DNA of 63,975 nt, filler included, from Octopus bimaculoides (GCF_001194135.2; 6 parts of 6 records of this genome joined end to end with filler, not necessarily neighbours in it); one strand, 5' to 3'; positions 39,861-53,484 are shown, counted from the first letter of the whole stretch. The notes: a model not told the origin generated them from the letters alone. Made by a program: numbers and translations.

Positions 39861-41506
39861 NNNNNNNNNNNNNNNNNNNNNNNNNNNNNNNNNNNNNNNN
39901 NNNNNNNNNNNNNNNNNNNNNNNNNNNNNNNNNNNNNNNNNNNNNNNNNNNNNNNNNNNNNNNNNNNNNNNNNNNNNNNNNNNNNNNNNNNNNNNNNNNN
40001 NNNNNNNNNNNNNNNNNNNNNNNNNNNNNNNNNNNNNNNNNNNNNNNNNNNNNNNNNNNNNNNNNNNNNNNNNNNNNNNNNNNNNNNNNNNNNNNNNNNN
40101 NNNNNNNNNNNNNNNNNNNNNNNNNNNNNNNNNNNNNNNNNNNNNNNNNNNNNNNNNNNNNNNNNNNNNNNNNNNNNNNNNNNNNNNNNNNNNNNNNNNN
40201 NNNNNNNNNNNNNNNNNNNNNNNNNNNNNNNNNNNNNNNNNNNNNNNNNNNNNNNNNNNNNNNNNNNNNNNNNNNNNNNNNNNNNNNNNNNNNNNNNNNN
40301 NNNNNNNNNNNNNNNNNNNNNNNNNNNNNNNNNNNNNNNNNNNNNNNNNNNNNNNNNNNNNNNNNNNNNNNNNNNNNNNNNNNNNNNNNNNNNNNNNNNN
40401 NNNNNNNNNNNNNNNNNNNNNNNNNNNNNNNNNNNNNNNNNNNNNNNNNNNNNNNNNNNNNNNNNNNNNNNNNNNNNNNNNNNNNNNNNNNNNNNNNNNN
40501 NNNNNNNNNNNNNNNNNNNNNNNNNNNNNNNNNNNNNNNNNNNNNNNNNNNNNNNNNNNNNNNNNNNNNNNNNNNNNNNNNNNNNNNNNNNNNNNNNNNN
40601 NNNNNNNNNNNNNNNNNNNNNNNNNNNNNNNNNNNNNNNNNNNNNNNNNNNNNNNNNNNNNNNNNNNNNNNNNNNNNNNNNNNNNNNNNNNNNNNNNNNN
40701 NNNNNNNNNNNNNNNNNNNNNNNNNNNNNNNNNNNNNNNNNNNNNNNNNNNNNNNNNNNNNNNNNNNNNNNNNNNNNNNNNNNNNNNNNNNNNNNNNNNN
40801 NNNNNNNNNNNNNNNNTTCTCAATGTCAGCTACCGGTATTGACGTAGCAACTACCTAAACAATATTAATTCGCTGCAATCGAAAATTTCCGTTTTCATCT
40901 GCGAAACCTCTCACCCTCTATTTTCATGCTTTCGTTTCAAGTTCAACTGCGATAAATTATTGAAAGAAATATTGACTAAGCAAATGAAATTTTTAATAAA
41001 TTGAAGTTTTCAAGAAAATTTACTTTCTGAACTTCCTTTTATTATTGAATATTTCAAGTTCACAAATTGAAATATTCGCTAGAAAATAGTTTTTAACGAG
41101 GTTTTATTTATACGATTTTTTCATTTCCTGTTTATTTCATTCATTGTTTGCAATGTTCTCTCTCTCCCTCTTTCTCTCTGTCTCTCACACACACTGTTTC
41201 TCTAATATAAACACACACTGTCTCTGTAATATAAACGCACATACACACACACACTCAAGGTTTGATTTCGTTATTACACAAATATCACAGAATTTTGCAA
41301 CTGAACATGAGGCATCCCCAAAATATGGACATTCTTTTACTCGAACCCGCACACTTCGTTAATTTCCGTAACAAAATTTTTTAATTTACTTTTTGCGCGC
41401 CGTGTTCAGCTCCATATATGTGTAGTCAGTCACACACACACACGTGTATTTTTGCATGTACGTTTGTATACATTTATGTATGTGTGTGTGTTTGTGTGTG
41501 TGTGTG

Positions 41507-41547
<41 letters not shown>

Positions 41548-42177
41548 GTGAAAGGGTGTGTCTTCTACTACCCCACATAGATGTATATCTTATTCTAATT
41601 TAACTGTTAATGTTTGTCGTATTCTAATTTAACTATAAATGTTCTCTATGGCTGTAATTTTTTAATATTTTAGATTGTTGAATTATTCTAAATACACAGA
41701 CGAATAGATATAATCTTAGTAATTTCCTTTAATTCTTCAATATCTTGACCTAAATTCCCTTACCTTAAATTTCTTATTGCCACTCCTTAGGGTATTGTTC
41801 TTCCATTTTTATTTTTATTTTTATATTTGTTTTTTTTCTTTTCTTTTCCTTTCTTCTTCTCTCTTTTTTCTCTTGCTTGATTTACCCCTAACCTGCTTTC
41901 CTTTACTACCTAACCTACCTTCCTCTAAATTGAAATTACTGCTATTTTACCCCTCCTTCTAGAAAGAAGAACAAATAGAATATATAGAAATTAAATTCCT
42001 GTTTGGTTCACTAGACTGTTAATTAACAGCCCAGTCAAGATGGTATTTTCTTTCTTCATCTCCTACTCTTGTATTTGCACACATTTACAAAATGACTTTC
42101 TGAAATGAGCTTCCATTATGCAGCTGAGGAGTACATTTTCATTGCACATCTTATGTGGTGTTCTCANNNNNNNNNNT

Positions 42178-43560
42178 CAAAGTAAGGTGATTAAAATCAA
42201 AATAAGCAACAAGGATATCCAGAGATATTGCAGTGATTTAAAACCTATAATGTACCTCTTAGTTTAAAAACCGTGCTTAGGTAGCATGCCCTATAGCATT
42301 AATTTTCCTTTAGTTAATACTGGGTATCAGTGATTATAGATACAAACTAATTAAGTAAATAAACAATTTTTAGTTTTAAATACATGAATTATTACATATT
42401 TTCTATAAATCTTCTCTATTGAAGTTAATACCAGGTAAATCCAATTGATCAATCTCTATAGGAACCATATAAGTTAATATATAATAAGTAATAAGTAAAT
42501 AAATATTAAACTATTTTCTTTGCAATTTCCTTTTCCTCCCTCTATTGTGGTAAAAGTTTGGTATATACTCAAAATATTCAAAGAAGTTTTATCCTTTTGT
42601 TAAAATTTCATTCTTAATAATCTTCTTGATTAACCTAAATTTTAACTTTATGCAATAAGACAATAGTGTTTGAAATGATCTTTAGAAATTACTTGATTTA
42701 TCTCTTTCTTAAGTGGCTCTACCCTCCTGATCTTAGTATTTTATAAGGGCCTTTATATAAATAAACCTTCTAAATAATTTCCACTAAGAAACAATAAATA
42801 TCATGTAGAGAGTAACAATAATAAATTCTTAAACCTATAATATAACCCTTAATTTATCAAAAAAGATTAGTGTAAAATATGAATGTTCCATAACTTAAAT
42901 ATTCCTTTAGCTGAAACCAGACATCAGTCTTTTATTGATATTAGCTAAATAAGTAAATATATAATTTTTAGTCTAATATATTTAGAATTATTGTATTTTT
43001 TCTATAAATCTTCTCAATTGGTGTTATTAAGCTACTTATACTTTACCATAGTATTAGTAATTAAGCTATTTTATTTCTTTTCTTTGGTGTTCTGCTCTAC
43101 TTGATTATTTTATTTTATTTCTTTCTTATTTTATAATTAGCCTTGATTTGTTCATAAAATTAAGCTAATCTTTGTATCTCTATAAATTCACACTTAGCTT
43201 ATATAAAACTATACTGGTATATTCACTACTTATGAAAACCTGCTTAGATTATAATTTTATTAATATATAATTAGCATGTTCTTTTACCTCAATACTCCTT
43301 TATTTATACCAGTATATACCAATTAATCAATATTCCCAGATACCATCTGATGAATTAGTATTTAAGTGTATAAATATGTATAAATATTAAACTATTTCTG
43401 GATAATTTCTTTTCCTCCCTCTATTGTGGTAAAAGTTTGGTATATGATCAAAAGTATTCATACATTTTTATCCTTTTGTTATAATATTCTTCTTAATAAC
43501 CCTCTGAATAGCCCTAAACTTATAGCAACATTGTTTAAAATATTTAACTATAGTACTACA
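42178..43560. mobile_element. Rearranged second copy of the AT-rich element family
   Basis: Starts with the same terminal sequence as 36962 (TCAAA.TAAGGTGATTAAAATCAAAA.AAGCAACA). Contains TCCTCCCTCTATTGTGGTAAA twice (about 42535 and 43415), the reverse complement of about 37590-37610. Confidence 0.65.
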
Positions 43561-43624
43561 TGATAAAACTCCCCCCCGTTTCATTATCAATGGTCTGATA
43601 ATCGGCGCCCCACTTAATTGTCAG

Positions 43625-43865
43625 CTAACATCTTGTTTTAAGTTTTCTTTTACCAAACCTCATGATATTGCTTCTAATAAATCTTGATATGTGTATAAAG
43701 ACACAATTTCGAGCGTGGCCGTTGCCAGTACCGCCTGACTGGCCTTCGTGCGGGTGACACGTAAAAGCACCCACTACACTCTCTGAGTGGTTGGCATTAG
43801 GAAGGGCATCCAGCTGTAGAAACTCTGCCAAATTAGATTGGAGCCTGGTGTTGCCATCCGGTTTC
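43625..43865 (+). mobile_element. Probable RTE-dependent SINE fragment
   Basis: Contains GTTGGCATTAGGAAGGGCATCCAGCTGTAGAAAC, a motif I associate with RTE 5' regions and RTE-partner SINEs (recalled, not searched). 63935-63975 looks like the (GAT)n 3' tail of such an element on the minus strand. Confidence 0.55.
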
Positions 43866-44140
43866 NNNNNNNNNNNNNNNNNNNNNNNNNNNNNNNNNNN
43901 NNNNNNNNNNNNNNNNNNNNNNNNNNNNNNNNNNNNNNNNNNNNNNNNNNNNNNNNNNNNNNNNNNNNNNNNNNNNNNNNNNNNNNNNNNNNNNNNNNNN
44001 NNNNNNNNNNNNNNNNNNNNNNNNNNNNNNNNNNNNNNNNNNNNNNNNNNNNNNNNNNNNNNNNNNNNNNNNNNNNNNNNNNNNNNNNNNNNNNNNNNNN
44101 NNNNNNNNNNNNNNNNNNNNNNNNNNNNNNNNNNNNNNNN

Positions 44141-44192
<52 letters not shown>

Positions 44193-44462
44193 GCATCAGC
44201 GATGTAGCCAATGGTCATTCTTACTAGTCAAAATCCCCAGAGAAGAATAAGTAGAGAAGCAGTTTGCTAATGCCATAAATACACATACATATGCTTTTGT
44301 GTACATGTAAGTATGTGTGTGTGTGAATGTAAGTATGTTGTATATACATATATGCCTATATATAAATATAAGCATGTGCGCATATTTGTATATAACTGCA
44401 TACACATACTCCAACACCCACATGCACTACACATGTGCGCACGCACTCACACAAAAACACAG

Positions 44463-44502
<40 letters not shown>

Positions 44503-44509
44503 ATATATA

Positions 44510-44910
44510 GCTCAGTGCTTAGAGCCTCGGCTCACAATCATGAGGTAGTGAGTTCGATTTCCGGACCAGGTTGTATGTTAAGTTTTTGAGCAAGGTACTT
44601 TATTTCACATTGCTCCAGTTCACTCAGCTGGTGCCAAGCTGTAACGGCCTTCGCCTTTCCCTTGAATATCATCAGTGGCGTGGGGAGGCGAGACTGGTAT
44701 GGATGGGCGACTGCTGGTCTTCCATAAACAACCTTGTCTGGACTTGTGTCTCGGAGGCGAACTTTTTAGGTGAGAATGAGTGCTCAACATCGAGTTGGTG
44801 GATAAGCATTTTTCATTTGTGGATTAACAAGGCTTCCTCTGGTTTCATCTAGTTAGAAATCTCTCAGCAATTATGAAGCCTGCCAAATAAGAGCCTTGGT
44901 ACGCGTCTCC
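44510..44910 (+). mobile_element. CORE-like tRNA-derived SINE
   Basis: Head GCTCAGTGCTTAGAGC...GAGTTCGATTTCC followed by TTGAGCAAGGTACTTTATTTCACATTGCTCCAGTTCACTCAGCTG; related to 16590-16728 (-) and 57540-57810 (-). Confidence 0.75.
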
Positions 44911-45089
44911 ATTTTAGATGAGAATACACGAGGCTACACGAGACTGTACAAGATTTGAGGATGAATAAATAAATAAATATACATATCATGGGAGGTAACT
45001 TATAGGAAAATCATACCTTTTATCGACTTAACAGTTGATTAAACAAATATCACCAAATGGGTGTAAGTTTGAGGGCGCTAGATGCAGTC

Positions 45090-45500
45090 TCTAAAGTGGA
45101 TGGAGTGGGAGAACTGACCAGCCCGATTTACCGATTATTTTCTTGATTTGAAGAGGTGTCAACTGCTGATGTACCCACTTGACATGCATTTTCCAATGTC
45201 TAAAGTCTTCCACTATATTCTGTCGTGTACAGTGACCACAGTCGAGTTGAGTAGGAAGTTCATAGACTGTGACTCGTCTGTCTACAGCAATCATTTTGTC
45301 CTCTCATGTCAGTGGTAGCAGCTGATGGTCTCCCATTGCGTGGTTTGTAGTCGATACTGGTTTTCACTTCTTTAAACCTCTTCCTCTTATCAATGGCCTA
45401 TTTTTGTAAACAACTTGTAGCCTTCTGTGGATTTCGGGCACCTTGCAGTCCTCCGTTAAAAACTCAATGATAGAATGCTTCTTCTGTTTGGAACTCATTA
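45090..45500 (-). mobile_element. mariner transposase N-terminal (HTH) fragment
   Basis: Minus strand reads MSSKQKKHSIIEFLT, PEIHRRLQVVY, IAVDRRVTVYEL, KWVHQQLTPLQ, a decayed version of the mariner HTH-to-WVPxxL segment. Confidence 0.7.
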
Positions 45501-46673
45501 TTTGCTTGTACGGAAAAAGAATAAGAAGTGCTTAATGTCAGTTAATAAGAAAAGGTTATGCCTGCTTTTGCATTACTTTTCGGACAATTTGCATTCACTT
45601 ACCACACTCGCCTGGGTACTCAGAACGCAGAACCGATATAAATACAAATGCTAATAGTGAGCAACGGTCTATAAATTCAAATATTTTCGTTTGGTACTCT
45701 TTTCTCTTTCTTGACGGAAAGAGGCATATAAAAATACAATAAAATTCGTTAAAAAACATATTTTAAGACCAAGTTTGAACGCAAAACATAAAATTAAAAT
45801 ACTTGAAGCATACATAATAATTTTAATGCACCTTTATTTTTATCATCACTTACGATCTCAGTTCATTAAAATATTCCATTATTTTCAACTTGTTCTTTCA
45901 AACGAATGAGATATGCTTTGAAATGAAATTAAACACACGAATTGACTGTCGAATAAAATAAAAGTATAAATCATTGTTTTACATAATTATAATTAACTGT
46001 ATAGACAGCATGTAAACATATAAAGCATTTACAAATACATGTGCAACTATACATGCTTAAACTTTCGATCATTAGACCTACAACAACTTCTTATCAACTT
46101 CAAATCATCAAATAGACAGATATCGGACTAGATAAAATTACGTTGCGTCAGAATCTATCTTACTAAACTGTCATATAATTTTATTGGCAAGTTGATGCGG
46201 GAGTTGTAGTTAATTTTCCTCTCGAGTATAATATTTCAGCTGAGGGACTGTAGTCAATAATATTTCTACATCATCTCATTACATGGTTTACTAAAGAAGA
46301 CATTAAGTGTCGTCTTGAATGTAACTGAGAAACGAACGAGCGATAAGAAGGTATATTATAGTCAAACCAACTGGCAATTTATTACAGATATTGCAACATA
46401 ACACTAATGTCTTGGCAACAATCGAGATAAAAGCACAGACACTCTGATCGATTCCATTATAATTTTAGTATTGAAGATAAAATTCGTTTGGATGAGATGC
46501 TGCAGCCAACTATATGGCTACATGTGACATTGTTTATCTCAAATTATTAGTACTGTGTTTATAAAAAACCGTTTCTGGAACAGCTTGTCTTCAACTAATT
46601 CTGGAATAAGAGCCTTATTAATCTGTATTTTCACAACCGAAATAAGAACAGAAAAGACAAAGAAAATATCAAA

Positions 46674-47608
46674 ATGTCAATTCCTAAATATTTGAGTAAT
46701 TCCGAACTAAAAACCAACCTAAGTGGACTTAACAGCGACCGCTTAATACAACAAGTCGTCGAAGTTATCAACAATAGTACCTGTACCTGCAGCAAACACT
46801 CTAATTACACAGTGACGACTCTACAAACAGCTCAGATAATATTTAGTCGCGTTGTCACCCCAGTTGTATGCGGATTTGGCATTATCAGCAATCTGTTGAA
46901 TTTCATTGTACTATCACATCGGAAGCTGAACCAGTCGCCATACACATATCTCCAACTTCTAGCAGTCGCTGATTTTTGTGTTTTGTTCTTGACATTTTTC
47001 TACAACACTGTATCACAAGGATCTGGTAACAAAAGTTATTTTTGGAAGATTTATGACAGTAAAATTTTCTTTCCTGTCGTTAATATCTTTGTGACATCAA
47101 GTATTTGGTTGACAATGGTTTTGACAATCGATCGGTTCCGATTTGTACGATATCCGTTCCATGCAAAGACATTATGTAAACGAAGTTATGCTATCCTTAA
47201 GTCAGCTATCGTGTTTTTTGCTTCATCTTTAGAAAATCTGCCAAAGTTCTTTATGTTCTATGTTGAACTTGATAGCTCGGGTGATTGCTACACAACACAG
47301 TTATCAACGTTTTTCTCAAATACCGAGTCACTCATTATCCGGTGGTTTCATATTCTCCTGGTCAATGCCATCCCACTGGTCACATTAACCTTTATTAATT
47401 TTTATCTTGTGTATGCTGTTCACCAAGCACAGAAGCTGCGCCGTTGTATGCAAGCAAAGGGCCGTCAAAGTTCGTCAGTCACGGACCAACAGCGTATGAC
47501 AGTTACACTTATAAGCATAACGTTCCTATTCATCATTTGTACAACAATGTCAGCCTTCGTCAATCAAGTTATTGCTGTTGCATTTTATGGAGGTCCACAG
47601 ACTGTAAA
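46674..47608 (+). CDS. Class A (rhodopsin-family) GPCR, FMRFamide/sex-peptide-receptor-like; coding exon from N-terminus to ECL3 (TM1-TM6), TM7 exon not found
   Basis: Uninterrupted, non-repetitive 311-codon frame with A at -3 (caaaATG). Six hydrophobic segments carry family motifs: TM1 GIISN, TM2 LAVAD, TM3 SIWLTMVLTIDRF, TM4 NLPKFF, ECL2 Cys, TM5 IPLVTLTFIN, TM6 MTVTLISITFLFIIC. N-terminal sequons NLS/NST/NYT. The frame ends at consensus donor AA|GTAAGT (GT at 47609, phase 2). Confidence 0.9.
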
Positions 47609-47617
47609 GTAAGTTCA

Positions 47618-47763
<146 letters not shown>

Positions 47764-47863
47764 NNNNNNNNNNNNNNNNNNNNNNNNNNNNNNNNNNNNN
47801 NNNNNNNTTAATTAATTAANNNNNNNNNNNNNNNNNNNNNNNNNNNNNNNNNNNNNNNNNNNN

Positions 47864-47925
<62 letters not shown>

Positions 47926-47945
47926 TGTATGCATGTATGTATATA

Positions 47946-48610
47946 CTGGGTGCGATGGTTAAATTGTCACAATTTTATAATTTTAATCTTGCGCATGCGC
48001 ATGGTATGTTTTTTGATTTTATCGGGTACACAGTATAGTAGGATCAAATGGGCACCGTCTGTGAGAAAAATAGCATCATAAAATTTGGAAACGACATGCT
48101 ATACTGCTTGGCATTCGTGTCGGAATCTACAATACGAACGTTTCAGTGTGTTTGGATAGCCATCTACCCACACGGCCTCAGACTCAACACGGAGGCCTAC
48201 ATCAAGTGCTTGGTCAAGAGGGTGACAGCTGGAAGACCCTATGCATGGTAACAGGACTCTTCACTATTCCACACAAGCAGGAGAACCCAGTCATGACTAT
48301 CAAGCAATTTCTGCAACTACATCACCCCTAACATCTGGCCATCTAACTCCCCAGACTGGTACCCCCTTGATTATTATGTGTGAGGCGCAGTTGAGCAAGA
48401 GACCAACAAAACTCCTTGCAACACCAAAGATGAACTGAAGGCAAGGATTATGGCAGCATTCACCAACTTAAACAGGGAGACCATCCAGAAGAGTTGCAGA
48501 AGATTCCAAAGTCGTCTGGAGGCCGTGGTTGAAGCCAATGGAAATTTTACTGAATGAATTTACTGTTTAGTATTTCGAGATATTTCTATGTAATTTTGGT
48601 AAATATATCT
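47946..48610 (+). mobile_element. Second DD37D (maT-type) copy, more heavily deleted
   Basis: Clear nucleotide similarity to 53656-54495 (CACACGGCCTCAGACTCAACAC, GATGAACTGAAGGCAAGGATTATGG, 5' end CTGGGTGCG preceded by TA); translates to HGLRLNTEAYIKCL. Confidence 0.85.
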
Positions 48611-49369
48611 AACTGTCTCCTCGGAGAGGGCTCCATTGGCTGCCACCACCTTGCTTCTATTTTTTAACAAGTCCATGTAACCATTCCTTAAGTTATCCAA
48701 TTATGTCCAGCCTCTAAATTGTGATACATGATGCTATGATCGACCTTATCAAAGGTCTTTGCAAAGTAAAGATATATCACATCCACACCTGAGCGATTTA
48801 TTAATTGTTTCAACACCCAATTATGATACGTATCATTCATTAAATATATTCTGCTAGAATATTATACACTGAATTTATAATAAGTGCTCTTTGTATAAAA
48901 TGTCAAAAATATTAATACTATAAAGTATTTAGACATTAATACGATCCGTTGTATATACTCTATTTTGAAATCATAGCATGAAATAGCCTGGGGGCAAGCA
49001 AAACCCATACCACTGACATGAGACTTGGAAAACGCAAATCTACAGCCTGTACCAATGTCTTCATGTCAGCAGCTACCCTTTCCATAGAACTTACAGACTG
49101 TTTGGTCTTTCTTTTTTCATTCCAAGGCCATTGTCTTAGCAGGTTTTACTTCTTTTTGTTTTTGTGCCCACCTTTGACCTGTGCCTATCCACAGATTGCT
49201 TCTCTTTGGTGCTTTTGTCTTCATCTTTGGCTTATGCTTATTTAGTTTTTGTGTAATGCACAAAAAGTAAAAAAAAAAAACATTTTGATGGATCTTCAAA
49301 CTTTTCTCAGTCTTTTTCCATATGTATGTATGTATGTATCTGTCTACCTATCTATCTATACATCTATTC

Positions 49370-49401
<32 letters not shown>

Positions 49402-49683
49402 GGACAGACGGTAGACGTGTCGGCTCCGTAAGTTTTGCCTTTTTCATGTTTTAAAAAGTTTGTTTGTAAAGTTTATTTTATATACAAAGTTGTATAACAA
49501 CTAGTAGACTCTCTGGTGCAAGTTTTTTGCGACGGAAATCTGCCCTGTGTGGCACATTTCCAGGATATAAAAACCAATTTCGGNNNNNNNNNNNNNNNNN
49601 NNNNNNNNNNNNNNNNNNNNNNNNNNNTTAATTAATTAANNNNNNNNNNNNNNNNNNNNNNNNNNNNNNNNNNNNNNNNNNNN

Positions 49684-49717
<34 letters not shown>

Positions 49718-50585
49718 TATATGCATATGTGTTTAATTATTTGTATATATTTATATATACACATATGTACGTATGTATGTTTGTGTGTCTGTGTGCCTAT
49801 GTGCATTTATGTATATATGTAAGCAAGATTTGTATACATATATATGCGTGTTGCAAGAATGACAACAATTTCTACTATCCATGCATAAGAAACTTTGTGA
49901 CATCTTTCTATGTAAATTACAACTGGGTCATTGATTTTGGAATAAACAAATTTACTACACACGTCCTGTAAATGTTTCCATGAAATGCAGCACTACTAGA
50001 AATCAACCAACCGTTGCTATGATCTTTTATAGACCATTTAGGCTGTTATTATCAAAAGTCCTTTATACATTAACAGTGACAATGTTCTTCACAACATTTA
50101 ATTGCAGCATGTGAGTGATATGAACAAATGTAACAGGAACAGTTTGTTTTCTGATTTCCTGACCTTTCACTGCGAATGTCATTATGTGACGTGGGTGAAG
50201 AGCTATAATTCCCTTGTTTTACACGACTTGCGTCAAGAAGTAAAAGTTTATTATGTGATGTTCCTTGAGAAGATATAACAAATTCTGCAAACAAAGCTCT
50301 TAGAATCATTTCTGCTGTGCATCATTAGTGATACTCACGCACAAACACATGAACACACATAAACACAAAAGCACACAAACTCACACGCATAGACTCACGC
50401 ATTAGCAAAGATATATTAAATATACACACACACACACACAATCTCTTATATATATATATATATATAAATATATATAAATTGATTTTAATTGAGTTTTTAC
50501 CTGTAATTTTGGATTTTATCCCTAATATTATTATATATATATAGATATATATATATATATATATACACATACATACACGAGCTTT

Positions 50586-50790
50586 TTGTGTGCACAGTTT
50601 GTGACAGACCATACCTTTCTTCTGTTGGTCTCAAATCTCATTTGCGAACCCATGGAAAACGAACTTCCACCAACTATTCTGCTTATATGTCTGTGCACAC
50701 CTTTGAAGGCAAAGTGTGCCAGAAGGTCTGCAAATCTAACGGAGGCCTCAGAAGACATTTTAAGATCCACAAAGATCAGAACTTATACAT
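50586..50790 (+). mobile_element. LINE (RTE-type) 3' end remnant encoding two C2H2-like zinc fingers
   Basis: Translation CTVCDRPYLSSVGLKSHLRTH ... EGKVCQKVCKSNGGLRRHFKIH. The CxxCxRxxxSxxGLxSHxRxH pattern is typical of RTE ORF2 C-termini. It is flanked by microsatellites and has no convincing splice signals. Confidence 0.6.
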
Positions 50791-50818
50791 ATACATATAG
50801 AAAAATGGATAGCTATCA

Positions 50819-50886
<68 letters not shown>

Positions 50887-51049
50887 GTCGGATGAGTGAT
50901 TGATTGAGTGAGTGAGTGAGTGATTGGTTGATCACTTGAAAGTTAGAAGGTAAGTGATTTTGAGCTTCAAATTTCGTGAACACTCATTGGGTTTCAGTAC
51001 AGTGCAATATAAAAACATTTTTACAAAATGAGTAAAACAAAAGGTTGAA

Positions 51050-52700
51050 AGTGACTTCGAAATTTCGAATGGAGAATGTAGCTGGATTTTGTTTTTTTAC
51101 AAATGCAATATCCGAGTAATCGTGTGAAGATATAAGAAAAAAAAACCCCGAAGCAGGTAAGATACAACAAAAATGAATAATTCTAAAAACTAGGAGCTAA
51201 TGATTATAAACGTCTGGTTAAAATGCTTAAGTCACCCCAAATCTATTAGAAAAAATATTTAGTGATTGCGTGAAAGGAAAAACGAAGAAAGAATACCTGA
51301 AGGACATAACCAATAATTACAAAGACATCAAATTTCAAACCTGCTGCATTCGTCAAACGAAATATTAACCATAAAGATATCGTAGACGATGAACACTCAT
51401 ATAGTTATGCGATATATTTTTAGTTCTATCAATTCAGAAGTGGAAATAAGATAAAAATTTAGATTAGAAAAATGTGTCAATGCAAAATTGAAGAGAGAAA
51501 GATTAAAAGTAACCACATGCCATTTTGCTTAAACAAACCACAAATAAGGTAATAAGACCCAAAACTGATTAATAATTACTGATAAATTAATTTATTCACC
51601 CATCGGTGAATAAAAACTTTAAGCTGGAACATTAAAAATGTATTAAATTAAACTTGAACTTAAACTAAATGCTAGTAAGAATGTAATTAATACTCTTGAT
51701 GTTATAATCATCATATTCTTAACAGAAATCTACGGGAATTGTCAGAGCTGAACAGGAAAAAACATGAAGTTAATCACAGCATTAAGAATACACTTCGCCA
51801 AATCTAACACAATGATTATATCGGAAGTGAATTCTGCAGGTAGAAAATTATAATAAACTATCTACCACAGAAGTGCAAATAATTTAAATAAATAAACAGA
51901 AAACTAAAATTTATGAAGGAAACGAAAAATTGTTTTCTATCCTGAAGGAAGAAATGAAATATAAAACAGCCACTAAGGTAACGGATATCTGGGGTGAAGG
52001 GTTATGATGAAGAAATAACAGCAAAAGCAAATAAAAATATTTAAAAAGTAATAAGGTGAAAATAGAATTGTAAAATGCATGCTGAGTTAGTAAAAATGAA
52101 TCCCCTACGTGCCCAATAGCGCCTATGAAATGTTAAAAACGAAAGAAATACATTATGTAAGGGGTGGGGCATACAGGAAAGATCGAACGATTTCTGATTG
52201 CATCAAGAAAGCTGAAGCTTTTGCGTCATAAATTACCAAAACCTATAATGCAGCAGAACATAGAACGGAACTGGAACACAAGGCTACATTCGGATGTTTT
52301 GTGCGAATAATTTATCATGCTGGCTTTTGGCTGCTCTGACTTAATAGAAAAAGAATTTATTTAGTCATGATATATTTCAAGATTTGATACACACAGAAAT
52401 GTATGCCCGTATTATGAATTATCAGCGTAGAAAAATGGTAATGCTATCTTCCACCACAAAAGATCTTAGATTATAACAAAGACGCCATACACTTGGACAT
52501 GTCAACTCTTAGGGTTAAGAAAAAGATCAGATATTGTCAAAGGCTACCAAGAAAGAAATGTCCCATGTATCAATCCCACTATACAAAAACGTATAACAAA
52601 AAGGGAAAAAAGACAAATAAACCAAATATAAAGACCGTGAAATAATGAAAACCAGAATATATGAATTGAACATGAAAACAGTACTGGTAATAAAAGGTTT
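51050..52700 (+). mobile_element. Possible ancient LINE 5' region (A-rich, apurinic endonuclease-like motifs)
   Basis: Strong A-bias on the plus strand; KTLSWNIKNVL (about 51615) and, in a shifted frame, LDVIIIIFLTEI resemble APE motifs SWNxxG and DIIxLxET. No open frame remains. Confidence 0.3.
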
Positions 52701-53451
52701 CTTCAGAATTATCTATTAAAATGCAGGCAAGTATCTAACCGAAACCGTACGTCTTGCACATAAGCACAAACTACAGACGGCGCTGCTTTAGCATACGATT
52801 TATTGCAGTGTCCGTAGTGTACGCTGAGAAATGACCTGATTTGGAGTAGCATTTGTATTTAAGTTTGGGGTTTATGTTAGTGTTTAGGATTTGTATTTAG
52901 GGTTAGGACTTTGTTATAGGGGTAGGGCTTAGATTTGAATTGTAGTTATAAAGTGTAAATGGACAGTCAGAACACATGCTCAAGTGGCCTTTTACGGAGA
53001 ACAATATTTCAATATTTAATTATGCTTGCAATAGCCGGTTTATTTGGTCAAACTATCGTATCTGCAGCTGTTTCAGATGTTAAGATATGAAAATTGTCAA
53101 AGTGTAGTACAACGGATTAAATTTTTTCAAAACTGAAGCATACGAAAGTTTTGCTAAATATTTCTGACTGAATATATCATACATGCATGGAGTTACGATT
53201 TTATGCACCCAACAAAGTATTATTGTTAAGATAGAACTGTTGCTAATGTAAAAAAAATAATAAAATGCAATTGTGAAACTATGATTACGTTTTCTCTAAA
53301 AGCAACGTTTTGGAAAAAAACTTTTACATAATAGCAACGATTTTGAAGATTCACAAGTGCAGTTTTGGTATTTTTGTTGACTATTACAATTGCAAATAAT
53401 CGAGTTCGGCCGAACCATAAATATAGATGACTGTTTGCATAAATACATACG

Positions 53452-53484
<33 letters not shown>

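Noticed and set aside
50030-50330. Cys/His-rich minus-strand frames (FVCRIC, CSCYIC)
   Set aside because: Spacing does not complete a zinc finger and I could not link it to the nearby LINE tail.
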